Below are positions 18,741-27,784 of a stretch of 34,571 nt of DNA, piece by piece (within the stretch, counting starts at the first letter, position 1; each line of letters starts with the position of its first letter). Made by a program: the position numbers and the translations under genes. The notes below the pieces were generated by a model that had not been told where the DNA came from, made no database searches, and saw only the letters and a list, made by a program, of their open reading frames with translations. The DNA is from an uncultured Bacilli bacterium (GTDB lineage: Bacteria; Bacillota_I; Bacilli_A; RF39; UBA660), in the NCBI GenBank assembly GCA_947599755.1, contig CANQFO010000002.1, forward strand, positions 1 through 34,571. The letters are read 5' to 3'.

Positions 18741-18776
18741 AAAACTGAGTAGAAATTATTCATTTTCACTCAGTTT
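18741..18776. terminator. Hairpin between convergent genes (possibly a bidirectional terminator)
   Basis: aaaactgagt (18741-18750) pairs with actcagttt (18768-18776) around a 17-nt loop. T-rich sequence flanks it on both strands. Confidence 0.45.
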
Positions 18777-18785
18777 CTTTTATTA

Positions 18786-18992
18786 TCATTCAATTTTTTC
18801 AAATACTAAAGTAGCTTGGATTCTATCTCCTCCTAGTAATCCTTTACTTTCTGCTGATGCAGTTGTGATTGTATGAAGTCGATATCCTTTCTCTGCTTGT
18901 TCATTAATTACTTTTTCTAATTCTGTTAAATTTTTAGAGTCAGTACCAATTAGTTTTTCTTTTAAGGTTACTTGTAAAACAACGTATTTCAT
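18786..18992 (-). CDS. DUF4177-like small protein
   Basis: 68 aa from ATG at 18990-18992, with SD GGAG ('gaaaggagataaaATG'). 'MKYVVLQV...LEKVINEQAEKGYRLHTI...ATLVFEKIE' fits the DUF4177 pattern. The 16-codon upstream extension in the track has no SD. Confidence 0.6.
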   Translation of the reverse strand: MKYVVLQVTLKEKLIGTDSKNLTELEKVINEQAEKGYRLHTITTASAESKGLLGGDRIQATLVFEKIE

Positions 18993-19066
18993 TTTATCTC
19001 CTTTCTTTTTCATTATCCTTACTTTTTGAAAAAATTTCAATTTTTTGAACTATGCGAAAAAACAAA

Positions 19067-19094
19067 TTGACAAATGGAGAAATATTACTATAAA
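19067..19094 (+). promoter_or_regulatory. SigmaA-type promoter
   Basis: TTGACA (19067-19072), 16 nt, TATAAA (19089-19094), upstream of the SD GAAGGAAGG and the ATG at 19118. Confidence 0.45.
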
Positions 19095-19117
19095 ATAATG
19101 AAAGAAGGAAGGTTATT

Positions 19118-19600
19118 ATGAAAGAAATTACTTATCAGGAACACTTAGCTAATGAACCTCATACTTCTTATGAGATTACATTCGTTGAGATTCAGGATGG
19201 TCTGTTAAAAGGATGTAGAAAGAATCAACAAACTAAGGTTAGTAGTTTACTTATTGGAAAGAAATTCGGAGATGTAATTGAATTTATTGAATTTACCAGA
19301 CCAAATCTAGAACTTCATGCTTATTATGGATATTGTAATTCACAGAGTAAACAAATCATGGGTTTTTGGAAAAAAGCATCTTCTACTGATTATCGTAATC
19401 TTTTTGAGTATGTGCAAATTATTCCAGAGATTGTTTATCGTCCAAAAGAGTTAGAACTTTATGGAGATTCTAGAATGAATCCTATATTAAAATATAATTG
19501 TACTGATTGTTTGGGAGTTAAGATGATCCAGTTAGAAAATCAATTAAGCGATACTGATGCTCATATATATCAAAAAATTATGACTAATCATCGAGATTAA
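19118..19600 (+). CDS. Hypothetical protein (160 aa, soluble, 4 Cys)
   Basis: The ORF has a good SD. No family motif recognised. Confidence 0.65.
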   Translation: MKEITYQEHLANEPHTSYEITFVEIQDGLLKGCRKNQQTKVSSLLIGKKFGDVIEFIEFTRPNLELHAYYGYCNSQSKQIMGFWKKASSTDYRNLFEYVQIIPEIVYRPKELELYGDSRMNPILKYNCTDCLGVKMIQLENQLSDTDAHIYQKIMTNHRD

Positions 19601-19619
19601 CTTTCATTTTTTAATGATT

Positions 19620-19660
19620 AAAAAAAAGTAAAATTGGTTTTTTCCCAATTTTATTTTTTT
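19620..19660. terminator. Bidirectional rho-independent terminator between convergent genes
   Basis: aaaattgg (19630-19637) pairs with ccaatttt (19645-19652) around a 7-nt loop. T7 follows on the plus strand, and A8 (19620-19627) gives a T8 tail on the minus strand. The stem is AT-rich. Confidence 0.45.
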
Positions 19661-19717
19661 GTTCTGAATATGTCTATGAATTACTTATTTAAAAAAAGAG
19701 CTGTTTTTATATCTTTG

Positions 19718-20998
19718 TTATTCTTCTTTTTCTTTTGGTACTTGGATAACTACTGCCATATTATTGAAATCAATTTGTTTGGCAATTTTTTGAATTTCTT
19801 TGATATTTAGTTTACGAATTCGTTCGATTTTGTTTGGAACTACCATATGATAGTGAAGATAATCATCATATATATTGTGTACTGTAGAGTCGATATAATC
19901 TATCATTTTTACTTCGTTTGCAATCCATACTTTTTTCATTCGTTCAAAAGAACTTTCTTCAATTGTTAATTGGGAAAATTCTTTTTTTACTTCTTCTAAG
20001 AATTGATCTAGATTATCACTTACTGCAATCATATATAAGGTTTTAAAATCATCTGTTGTTTCCCATTCTGTATAAAAACTATTTAATAACTTTTTATTTC
20101 TTACTCTTTCTCTGAATGTGGATGATGATCCAAAGCAAACCGTACTAATCATTGATAAATATAAATCTAAGGTTAACTCATCATAATTTCCTAGATTTTT
20201 TTTGGGAATTTTTATTCCCATACCAATTTTTGGAACTCGTACATTGGATTCTATTTTTTCGTATGATTTATTGATTGTACTTTGTTCTTTTATTTTTTTT
20301 ATTTTTGGAAATGGAATACTTTTTTTCTTTCCTATTTCTTCTTCTATTATTTCTCTTGCTTTTTCTTGATCAAAATTTCCCACAATTAAAATAAACATAT
20401 TATTTGGACTGTAAAAATTTTTGTAGCAAGTATATAGATCTTCTTTTTCTATTTTATTGATTTCTTCTATTGTCCCTCCAATATCTACTCTTCTTGGATG
20501 AATATGATAGATATTTTCTCTTAGTTTCATTTCTAATTTTATTTCGGGAATGTCTTCATACATTTTTAATTCTTCGGAAATAATTCCTTTTTCTTTTTCT
20601 ACATTTTCATCAGTAAAATATGGTTCATTTACAAATTTTAGTAAAAATTTTAAATTTTTTTCGAAATCTTTTGTTCCATAGCAAATATATTGTGTATTAT
20701 CATATGATGTAGAAGCATTTGCTCCTGTTCCACTTTCAGAAAAAAAGGTAAATGGATCAACTCCATTTTCTTGCTCAAACATTTTATGTTCTAAAAAGTG
20801 GGCTATTCCATCTGGTACTTTAATTTCTTTTTTACTTTCTATTGGAACGAAAGAGGTAATTTCTGATCCGAATCTAGTGGCATAACTGATAAAGTAATTT
20901 TTTTTATCTTTGTATGGAACAAAAACCATTTCTAAACCGTTTTTTAATTTATCTTTATAGCAACATATATCTAATCCTTCTAGCTTAATTGTTTCCAT
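19718..20998 (-). CDS. M16-family zinc metallopeptidase, catalytic subunit (YmfH-like)
   Basis: 426 aa with the inverted zincin motif HxxEH in 'GIAHFLEHKMFE'. SD GAAGGGGTGA is present. It overlaps the upstream M16 gene by 14 nt. Confidence 0.85.
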   Translation of the reverse strand: METIKLEGLDICCYKDKLKNGLEMVFVPYKDKKNYFISYATRFGSEITSFVPIESKKEIKVPDGIAHFLEHKMFEQENGVDPFTFFSESGTGANASTSYDNTQYICYGTKDFEKNLKFLLKFVNEPYFTDENVEKEKGIISEELKMYEDIPEIKLEMKLRENIYHIHPRRVDIGGTIEEINKIEKEDLYTCYKNFYSPNNMFILIVGNFDQEKAREIIEEEIGKKKSIPFPKIKKIKEQSTINKSYEKIESNVRVPKIGMGIKIPKKNLGNYDELTLDLYLSMISTVCFGSSSTFRERVRNKKLLNSFYTEWETTDDFKTLYMIAVSDNLDQFLEEVKKEFSQLTIEESSFERMKKVWIANEVKMIDYIDSTVHNIYDDYLHYHMVVPNKIERIRKLNIKEIQKIAKQIDFNNMAVVIQVPKEKEE

Positions 20999-22256
20999 CT
21001 TTCACCCCTTCTAGACAAAATATTGTGTCCATTTTGATTTTTTTTGCTACTTTGATAATTTCTTCTTTGGTCACTTGATTCATTTTTTTTCTTTTTTCTT
21101 CTAAATCATCTGTACCTAATAGTTCCATCATATAATAATTATCGATGATTCTACTTTCACTTTCTTCTAGTTCTTCTAAGGCAGTATTATAGTATTCTTT
21201 TGCTGCTTTTAAATTTTCTTCTGTAAATTTACCTTTTTTCATCTCATTTAGTACTTTTTCAATTAAATCTACTGTTTGTTTATAATTTTTGGCATCGATT
21301 CCAGAGCGAATTAATAATAGATGATCTAATTTATTTGGAACAGAATAAATATCATAACATAGAGAATATTTTTCTCTTACTTCACGAAATAATTTTGAAT
21401 CGTTTCCTCCTCCTAATATTACATTATATAAAGTTAAAGGGTAATTTCTTTCATAGTCTGTAAGACCATAGCAACAACATGCTATTGCTAGTCTTGATTG
21501 AACATTTTCACTTGTTTCTTTGGCAAATAATCTTCTTGGTCTTGGTTTTCTATTTGGGAGAAGATATGGGACTCTTTGCTTTTTTAATGTTTTAAAAACA
21601 AAATTTTGTTTGATTATTTGGATGATTTCTTCTTCTATGATATCTCCTATTACAAAGATATCCACTAAGTTCGAAGTGATCATATTTTGATAATACTGAT
21701 ACAGGTTTTGAGGGGTAATTTTTTCTAAATCTTCAATATATCCCATCATTCGATAAGAAACTGGTGATTTTTTATCATAGGCTTCAAACATCCGAATTAA
21801 ACTATAATTTGATGCATCTTCTTTGATTGCTTCTAAAGCGCTTTTACAGTTTGTTTTTACAATATCTAATTTTTTTTGATCAAAGGCATTTTTTTCTATG
21901 TCAGGTTCAAATATAATTTCTTTTAAAAATTCTACTGCTGCTTGAAAATTTCCTTTTTCAGTATATTTATCATGTAGTACAGTTAAATAAAAATTAGTAT
22001 TCATATAGTTTCCCATACGGGAATTAGAAGTTTGAAAATCAGCTGCATATAAATCTTGGGCTTTTATTGTTAATTCTCTTTTACTACGATATTTTTTACT
22101 TGATTGCATAAATATATCACATAATACATTTCTTATTGTAATTTCTTCTTTTTTGATGGGAGTATGAAATACTACTCTTACCATTATTGTTTTAAATTTT
22201 TTTGTTCTTATGCAGTGTAGTCGATAAGAACCTAAATCTTTTCTAGTATATTGCAT
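20985..22256 (-). CDS. M16-family peptidase-like protein lacking HxxEH (non-catalytic partner, YmfF-like)
   Basis: 423 aa, of the same size and layout as M16B proteins but with no HxxEH. SD GAGGTGATC is present. It appears translationally coupled to the catalytic subunit. Confidence 0.75.
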   Translation of the reverse strand: MQYTRKDLGSYRLHCIRTKKFKTIMVRVVFHTPIKKEEITIRNVLCDIFMQSSKKYRSKRELTIKAQDLYAADFQTSNSRMGNYMNTNFYLTVLHDKYTEKGNFQAAVEFLKEIIFEPDIEKNAFDQKKLDIVKTNCKSALEAIKEDASNYSLIRMFEAYDKKSPVSYRMMGYIEDLEKITPQNLYQYYQNMITSNLVDIFVIGDIIEEEIIQIIKQNFVFKTLKKQRVPYLLPNRKPRPRRLFAKETSENVQSRLAIACCCYGLTDYERNYPLTLYNVILGGGNDSKLFREVREKYSLCYDIYSVPNKLDHLLLIRSGIDAKNYKQTVDLIEKVLNEMKKGKFTEENLKAAKEYYNTALEELEESESRIIDNYYMMELLGTDDLEEKRKKMNQVTKEEIIKVAKKIKMDTIFCLEGVKDGNN

Positions 22257-22302
22257 GTGATCACCTCGTTTATTTCTAGTATATGAGTATTTTCTTTTTT
22301 TA

Positions 22303-23016
22303 TTATAGACATGAATTTAATGCTAGAGAAATCATTTGATTTAGTGATATTTGTCTTTCTTCACTAGTTAAACTTCTTTTATCATACAATGAATCAACAA
22401 CAGTCATTAGGCATGATGCTTCTTTTCCTAATTTTTTGGCAATATAGAATAATCCAAATGCTTCCATTTCTACTGCTAAAAAATCCTCATTTGGAAAATT
22501 TTTACGAAACTCTTCTTTGGAATCTGCATATAAATCAAAAACGTCACTAGTAATAGTTTTTCCAATTTTTAATGGTATATGAGAATTTTTTGCAGTTTTT
22601 TGAATTTTTTCATTTAGGGAATGATTTGCTTCTATATAATCTATATTGTTTCCATCTAATAATTGATCAAAGTAAGTTTTACAGTATGATCCTTCCGTTA
22701 AAATTACATCTAATAATTTTATGGTAGGATGAAATGATCCGCTTGTTCCTATTCTAATTATTTTTTCTACATCATAAAATTTAAATAATTCATAAGAATA
22801 GATTCCTATACTTGGAATTCCCATTCCTGATGCAAAAACGGTTATTCTTTTTCCTTTATAATATCCTGTATATCCAAACATATTTCTTACTGTATTAATT
22901 AATTTGGCATCTTCTAAAAAATTTTCGGCAATATATTTTGCTCGCAATGGATCACCTGGCATTAAAACAATAGGGGCAATGTCTTCTTTTTTACTTTCAA
23001 TATGGGCAGTGGCCAT
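22303..23016 (-). CDS. deoD: Purine nucleoside phosphorylase, DeoD type
   Basis: 237 aa from ATG at 23014-23016 (SD GAAGGTG). 'MATAHIESKKEDIAPIVLMPGDPLRAKYIAENFL...GYTGYYKGKRITVFASGMGIPS...RIGTSGS...VEMEAF' is the classic DeoD pattern. The 27 upstream codons in the track are a hydrophobic read-through with no SD. Confidence 0.9.
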   Translation of the reverse strand: MATAHIESKKEDIAPIVLMPGDPLRAKYIAENFLEDAKLINTVRNMFGYTGYYKGKRITVFASGMGIPSIGIYSYELFKFYDVEKIIRIGTSGSFHPTIKLLDVILTEGSYCKTYFDQLLDGNNIDYIEANHSLNEKIQKTAKNSHIPLKIGKTITSDVFDLYADSKEEFRKNFPNEDFLAVEMEAFGLFYIAKKLGKEASCLMTVVDSLYDKRSLTSEERQISLNQMISLALNSCL

Positions 23017-23126
23017 AGAACACCTTCTTTCTATAATCATTATAACAAGAATTATATAAAAGAAAAAGATAAAAACAAAAAAAGGAAATAAATTCAATTT
23101 TTTTCCGTAATGAATTCATTCTCTTT

Positions 23127-23870
23127 TTAATTTCTAGCTGCACCATCTACTGATAAAATTACTCCAGTAATATAATCTGCCATAGGACTTGCTAAAAATA
23201 AAAAGGCGTTTGCAATATCTTTTGGTTCTCCTATTCTTCCTAAAGGAATCGTCTGAATTAATGGTTCGATCATTTCTTGGGGAAGATTTTTGATCATGTC
23301 TGTACGAATTATACCTGGTGCTACGGCATTTACTCGTATATGATCTGCTGCTAATTCTCTTGCTAAAGATTTTGTTATTCCATTTACGGCAAATTTACTT
23401 GCTGGATAACCTACTCCTGATGGTTGTCCATATATGCTTACCATTGAACTAGTATTTAAAATTACACCAGATTTTTGTTTTTTCATATAAGGAATTACTA
23501 CTTTACTCATATTGAATATTGCTGTTACATTTAAATTCATAATTTTCATAAATTCTTCTTGGGTGGTATTTTCAATTTTTTGATTGGCTGTCATACCAGC
23601 ATTATTGATTAAAATATCAATGTGTCCATATTTTTCATAAATTTCTTGTACAATTTTTTCTAATTCATCGATATTATTTAAATTTGGATAATATCCTTTT
23701 ACCTCTTTTTTCTCTTGTTTTAATTCTTTTATGGCTTTTTCTACTGTTTCTTTTTTTGATCCAAATAGAATTACTTGTGCATTGTTTTCGATAAAGGTTC
23801 TTGCAATTTCTAATCCTATTCCTCTGGTACCACCTGTAATAATTGCTACTTTATTTTCTAAATCTATCAT
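23127..23870 (-). CDS. Short-chain dehydrogenase/reductase, FabG/YmfI-like 3-oxoacyl reductase
   Basis: 247 aa. Motifs 'TGGTRGIG' (TGxxxGxG), 'NNAG' and 'YPASK' (YxxxK). SD AAAGGAGGA is present. Confidence 0.85.
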   Translation of the reverse strand: MIDLENKVAIITGGTRGIGLEIARTFIENNAQVILFGSKKETVEKAIKELKQEKKEVKGYYPNLNNIDELEKIVQEIYEKYGHIDILINNAGMTANQKIENTTQEEFMKIMNLNVTAIFNMSKVVIPYMKKQKSGVILNTSSMVSIYGQPSGVGYPASKFAVNGITKSLARELAADHIRVNAVAPGIIRTDMIKNLPQEMIEPLIQTIPLGRIGEPKDIANAFLFLASPMADYITGVILSVDGAARN

Positions 23871-23907
23871 ATATCCTCCTTTGTTTTCTTTTCCAATTTT
23901 AGTTTTT

Positions 23908-25119
23908 TTATTTTATTTTCTTTTTCCTACTTAGTAAACATACACATTCTACATGATAAGTTCTTGGGAACATATTATATGGTTTTATTGTATTTACTTC
24001 AAATATTTTTGTTAATGATTTTAAATCTCTTGCTAAAGTTACCGGATCACAAGAAATATAAATTAAATTTTGAGGAGAAATTCTTTTTATTTCTTCAATC
24101 GTTTTTTCAAAAAGTCCTGCTCTAGGTGGATCTACAATTACTAAATCTATTTGTTCTTGAATTGAATCAATTACATGTTCTACTTTATCACAGATAAATT
24201 GAATATTTTGTGCTTGATTTAGTTTTTTATTTTGATTAGCATTTTTTATATTGTCTTTTGAGTAATCAATTCCAATTACTTTTTCTACTTCATCACTAAT
24301 AAATAAACCAATTGTTCCTACTCCACAATATAAATCTAATACCTTTTTTGAATGATTTGTTTTTACTACAGTTAATACTTCCTGATATAACTTTTCTGTT
24401 AATATTTGATTGACTTGAAAAAAAGAATCAATAGATAAAAAATATTCTTTCTTGCCAATTTTTGTTTTAATGTTTTCTCCTTTTTTTATTTTTTCATTAA
24501 TCATTAAGCAATCTAGTTTTTTTTCTATATCTGAAACATCTTTAATTTTTCCTGTTATTTTCATCATTACTTTTTTTTCATCATTTGATGTTCTAATTAT
24601 TATTTTTTCTACTATATTTTTGGTAACAATTTTTTTTAATGAAGGAATTAACTTATTAATTTTTTGGTTAGCTAAAAAACATTTATCTATAGGAATTACT
24701 TCATGTGTATTTTTTTGATAAAATCCTAATTTTTTATCTTTGCTATGAAAAGTAATTTTATTTCGATAATGATATTCTATTTGTTCTATAATCTCTTCTA
24801 CTAATTCTTTATCCAGATTAGCAAAATGTTCTATCAATTCTTTTACTTTTTGAGTTTTTTGTCTATTTTCCTCTGCATATGATAAATGTTGTAAATCACA
24901 TCCTCCACAAAAATTTGCATATGGACAAATAGGAGTAATTCGATTAGGAGAAATTTGATCATAATGAATTACTTTTCCAGTAAAATATTTCTTTGATGAA
25001 TTTTCTATTTCTATTTCTACTTGTTCTCCTGGTAAAGCATTTTCTACAAATCCTATTTTTCCATTAATAAAAGTAATTCCTCTACCAAAATGATCTAATT
25101 TTTTTATTTCTACTTTCAT
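23908..25119 (-). CDS. RNA (uracil-5-)-methyltransferase, RumA/RlmD/TrmA family with [4Fe-4S] Cys cluster
   Basis: 403 aa. It has a TRAM-like N-terminus, the Cys cluster 'CPYANFCGGC', the SAM site 'LDLYCGVGTIG', 'DPPRAG' and the catalytic 'SCDP'. Confidence 0.85.
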   Translation of the reverse strand: MKVEIKKLDHFGRGITFINGKIGFVENALPGEQVEIEIENSSKKYFTGKVIHYDQISPNRITPICPYANFCGGCDLQHLSYAEENRQKTQKVKELIEHFANLDKELVEEIIEQIEYHYRNKITFHSKDKKLGFYQKNTHEVIPIDKCFLANQKINKLIPSLKKIVTKNIVEKIIIRTSNDEKKVMMKITGKIKDVSDIEKKLDCLMINEKIKKGENIKTKIGKKEYFLSIDSFFQVNQILTEKLYQEVLTVVKTNHSKKVLDLYCGVGTIGLFISDEVEKVIGIDYSKDNIKNANQNKKLNQAQNIQFICDKVEHVIDSIQEQIDLVIVDPPRAGLFEKTIEEIKRISPQNLIYISCDPVTLARDLKSLTKIFEVNTIKPYNMFPRTYHVECVCLLSRKKKIK

Positions 25120-25168
25120 AAACTTCCTCTTTTATCTTTTATCTTTTTTCTTTTAAAAAGATAATTTT

Positions 25169-25177
25169 ATTATATCA
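25169..25177 (-). promoter_or_regulatory. Extended -10 element (TGaTATAAT) for the methyltransferase-SDR-deoD-M16 block
   Basis: Minus strand reads TGATATAAT about 50 nt upstream of the ATG at 25119. The -35 is poor (TATTCA at 17-nt spacing). Confidence 0.35.
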
Positions 25178-25183
25178 AAATAT

Positions 25184-25212
25184 ACATAGAATGAATAGTT
25201 TTTTCCATACTA
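25184..25212 (+). promoter_or_regulatory. Forespore sigmaG/sigmaF-like promoter
   Basis: aCATA (25184-25188), 17 nt, CATACTA (25206-25212). This compares with the sigmaG consensus GHATR-17/18-CATxxTA. The predicted transcription start falls at about 25218-25220, which leaves GGTGA as the SD for the ATG at 25228. Confidence 0.35.
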
Positions 25213-25227
25213 ATAATGGTGATAAGA

Positions 25228-26625
25228 ATGACTTTAATTGATGATTTAAAGAAAAAGATTGGTCCTTCTAATGATTATATATTTAAAAAAGTACAAATTG
25301 ATAAGTGTATTGTTTATCTAGTATTTAATGAAGTTTTAACTAGTGGAAGTGATATTAATGATTTTATTTTAAAAAGGCTTTTATTATTGCAAAAAAAAGA
25401 TCTTCTTCATTTGGAAAATATTTTACCTAATACCAATATTAAACAAATTACTAAGGATGAGATATTAGATTATATTCATAAGGGATTTTTAATTATTATT
25501 ACGAAAAAAATTTATGCAACTGAATTTCGAGCAGATTTAGATCGAGGAGTTGGAGTGATTGAAAGTGAACTTTCTATTACTGGTCCAAAGGATAGTTTTT
25601 CTGAAAATTATAATACAAATTTGGGATTAATTCGAAGAAGAATTAAATCTAGCGATTTATATGCAGAAGATATTGAGATTGGTAGAAGTACCAAAACCAA
25701 AGTTGGTATTTTGTATATGAAGCATATTGTAAAAGAAGATCTTCCTAAAAAAATTCGATCTGTTTTAGAAAAGATTGATATTGATGGGATTATTGATTCT
25801 AGTTATTTAAAAACTACTTTGGAAGGCAAAAAGAATTTTTTTCCTACCATTATGATGAGTGAAAGACCGGATAAATCTGTTATGGCTTTATTAGAAGGAA
25901 AAGTAGTAATTTTAGTAGATATGAGTCCTTATACGCTTATTTTACCTACTTTTTTCATTGATTTTTTTCATACAGCAGATGATTATTATCAGAAATCTTC
26001 TTATACTACATTTATTCGAATTATTCGGCTTCTTGCTTTTTTCATTGCTGTTTTTACTCCAGCAATTTATATTGCTGTTACTACTAGAAATTATGATTTA
26101 GTTCCCTTAAAATTACTATTTGTATTAAAAGCTGGAAGAACCTTTGTTCCCTTCCCTGCCTATATTGAAGCTCTATTTATGATTATTTGCTTCGAGATTT
26201 TAAAAGAATCTGATATACGAATGTCATCTACTAGTGGATCTGCTGTCTCTATCTTAGGAGGACTTATTTTAGGAGATGCAGCAGTAAGCGCTGGAATTGT
26301 TTCTCCTATTATGATTATTATTATTGCAATTTCCTCTATTGCTGGACTTATCTTTACTTCGTTGGAACTTGTAAATGCTTTGAGAACTTACAAAATTGGG
26401 CTCTTGTTTTTAGCAACCCTACTGGGAATTTATGGGGTCTTATTAGGAGGAATATATATGTTTTATAAATTAATGACCCTAAAGATCTTCTCTCTTCCTT
26501 ACTTATCTCCTTTCATCCCATTTGAAAAAAATGAAATAAAAGATTCCCTTATAAAAAAAGAAGAACCTCTAAAGAAGAGAAATTCTATTCTTTCTAAAAA
26601 TATTATTAGGGGGAAATATCGATGA
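25228..26625 (+). CDS. Spore germination protein, GerA-family A subunit (GerAA/SpoVAF-like)
   Basis: About 465 aa. The GerA-family core 'GPKDSFSENYNTNLGLIRRRIKSSDL' is followed by a C-terminal block of about 5 TM helices. ATG at 25216 has no SD, whereas ATG at 25228 is preceded by GGTGA. Confidence 0.85.
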   Translation: MTLIDDLKKKIGPSNDYIFKKVQIDKCIVYLVFNEVLTSGSDINDFILKRLLLLQKKDLLHLENILPNTNIKQITKDEILDYIHKGFLIIITKKIYATEFRADLDRGVGVIESELSITGPKDSFSENYNTNLGLIRRRIKSSDLYAEDIEIGRSTKTKVGILYMKHIVKEDLPKKIRSVLEKIDIDGIIDSSYLKTTLEGKKNFFPTIMMSERPDKSVMALLEGKVVILVDMSPYTLILPTFFIDFFHTADDYYQKSSYTTFIRIIRLLAFFIAVFTPAIYIAVTTRNYDLVPLKLLFVLKAGRTFVPFPAYIEALFMIICFEILKESDIRMSSTSGSAVSILGGLILGDAAVSAGIVSPIMIIIIAISSIAGLIFTSLELVNALRTYKIGLLFLATLLGIYGVLLGGIYMFYKLMTLKIFSLPYLSPFIPFEKNEIKDSLIKKEEPLKKRNSILSKNIIRGKYR

Positions 26626-27020
26626 AAAAAGTACTACTTATTTTACTAATTATTGTATCTATTTACTTCATTAAAATTCCTAAATACGTAGAATTAAATA
26701 ACCTAGCAATTATTGAAGGTGCTGGTATTTACTATAATAAAAAAGAATATACGATTTGGTTAAAAGAAATAATTCCTTTAAAAGAAGAAGAAGGAATTAA
26801 TTACGAATACCATTACTATAAAGGAAGTGCAAATAGTCTTTCTAAAGCCCTTTCAAAAATAGAAAAAAATACCAAGAAAAAACTTTATTTTAAACAAATA
26901 AAATACCTCGTAACCAATCTCAATAATAGTAAAAAAATTTCAAAATATTTTCATCCAAAAAATATTCAACATGCAAAAGAAAATATTTATCAATTATTAA
27001 AAGAAAGTAAAGAATCATAG
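26622..27020 (+). CDS. Short membrane-anchored protein resembling the N-terminal half of Ger(x)C subunits
   Basis: 132 aa. There is an ATGA overlap with the A-subunit stop, and SD GGGGGA. It has an N-terminal hydrophobic anchor without a lipobox Cys. 'LNNLAIIEGAGIYYNKKEYTIWLKEI' and 'YKGSANSLSKALSKIEKNTKKKLYFKQIKYLV' align by eye with GerAC N-domain blocks. This is a motif-level call only. Confidence 0.45.
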   Translation: MKKVLLILLIIVSIYFIKIPKYVELNNLAIIEGAGIYYNKKEYTIWLKEIIPLKEEEGINYEYHYYKGSANSLSKALSKIEKNTKKKLYFKQIKYLVTNLNNSKKISKYFHPKNIQHAKENIYQLLKESKES

Positions 27021-27282
27021 TTAATTGATTCAATTATACCAATCAATGTTATCAATGATTCCATTTGATTTCAAATTTTTATGAAAATAAAAATTCAGAT
27101 CCTTTTTGAGCATAAGGTTTTATTTTATTCCAATTAATCCATTAGGTTCATTACAAATCTCATAAATAATATTAGGACTACAGTTTTATAAAATTATTTT
27201 ACAGTCTTGACAAATTTATTTTTAGTATTAATGTACTTTAACTAATTAACTTGATAAAATTAAGAAAAGGAGGAACAGAAAA

Positions 27283-27783
27283 ATGGAAAAGAAAAATAAT
27301 GCTTTACTTATTACTACAATAGTTTTAGCTATATTGGTACTTTCTTTAGGAGGATACATCGCATATGATAAACTTCTTAAAGAAGAAAAAACAACTATTA
27401 CTGAAAAAACGGAAAAAGAGGAAGAGAAATCAGAACAAGAAAAACAGGATACTGAACAATATGATGATGACAAAGAGAATTGTCTTCAAGCAGCATCCGT
27501 AAAATGTTTTGGAACTTATTATGTAAATGGAGATATTAATCATGGCGTTTATAATTTAAAAGCTGATGGTACTTACAATGTTGAAAATACAGAAGAACAT
27601 GGTGTCTTTACCATTAATGAAAATACTATAACATTTATTCGAATGAAACATACTGTTGGTCCTAGAGATCAAGATCCATATTTTGGCGATGCAGTCAGTC
27701 ATTTAATAACAGATGATTGTTCTAAAATTTGGTTAACATCTCCTAATAGTGAAATAACTGCCTCTTTAGATAAAGCAAATTAA
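27283..27783 (+). CDS. Hypothetical membrane-anchored protein with acidic linker
   Basis: 166 aa. SD AAAGGAGGA is present. It has the TM segment 'LLITTIVLAILVLSLGGYIAY', then an E/K-rich stretch, then a ~100-aa domain. A terminator follows. Confidence 0.75.
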   Translation: MEKKNNALLITTIVLAILVLSLGGYIAYDKLLKEEKTTITEKTEKEEEKSEQEKQDTEQYDDDKENCLQAASVKCFGTYYVNGDINHGVYNLKADGTYNVENTEEHGVFTINENTITFIRMKHTVGPRDQDPYFGDAVSHLITDDCSKIWLTSPNSEITASLDKAN

Positions 27784-27784
27784 T

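Noticed and set aside
18993-19040. A 16-codon extension of the DUF4177 gene
   Set aside because: ATG at 18992 has a clear GGAG SD and gives a typical ~68-aa DUF4177 protein. The upstream ATG has no SD.
19118-19600. A faint resemblance of 'VEIQDGLLKGCRKNQQ...LLIGKKFGDVIEFIE' to TSCPD-domain proteins
   Set aside because: The defining TSCPD motif is absent and the similarity is too weak to support by eye. The protein is left as hypothetical.
23017-23097. A 27-codon N-terminal extension of deoD (MNLFPFFVFIFFFYIILVIMIIERRCS)
   Set aside because: No SD precedes it. The extension is hydrophobic nonsense relative to DeoD proteins. The internal ATG at 23016 has the SD GAAGGTG and gives the canonical 'MATAHIE...' N-terminus at about 237 aa.
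23731-24718. Plus-strand ORFs 23731-23934 and 24452-24718
   Set aside because: They are antisense to the SDR and RNA methyltransferase genes, and their translations are low-complexity.
25193-25212. TGAATA ... CATACTA, which looks like a perfect sigmaG -35/-10 pair
   Set aside because: The spacer is only 8 nt, too short for any sigma factor. The weaker aCATA box at a 17-nt spacing was used instead, with low confidence.
27246-27473. A 75-aa minus-strand ORF (Ser/Phe-rich)
   Set aside because: It is antisense to the 27283-27783 gene, which has a strong SD and a terminator. Its sequence simply mirrors the E/K-rich linker.
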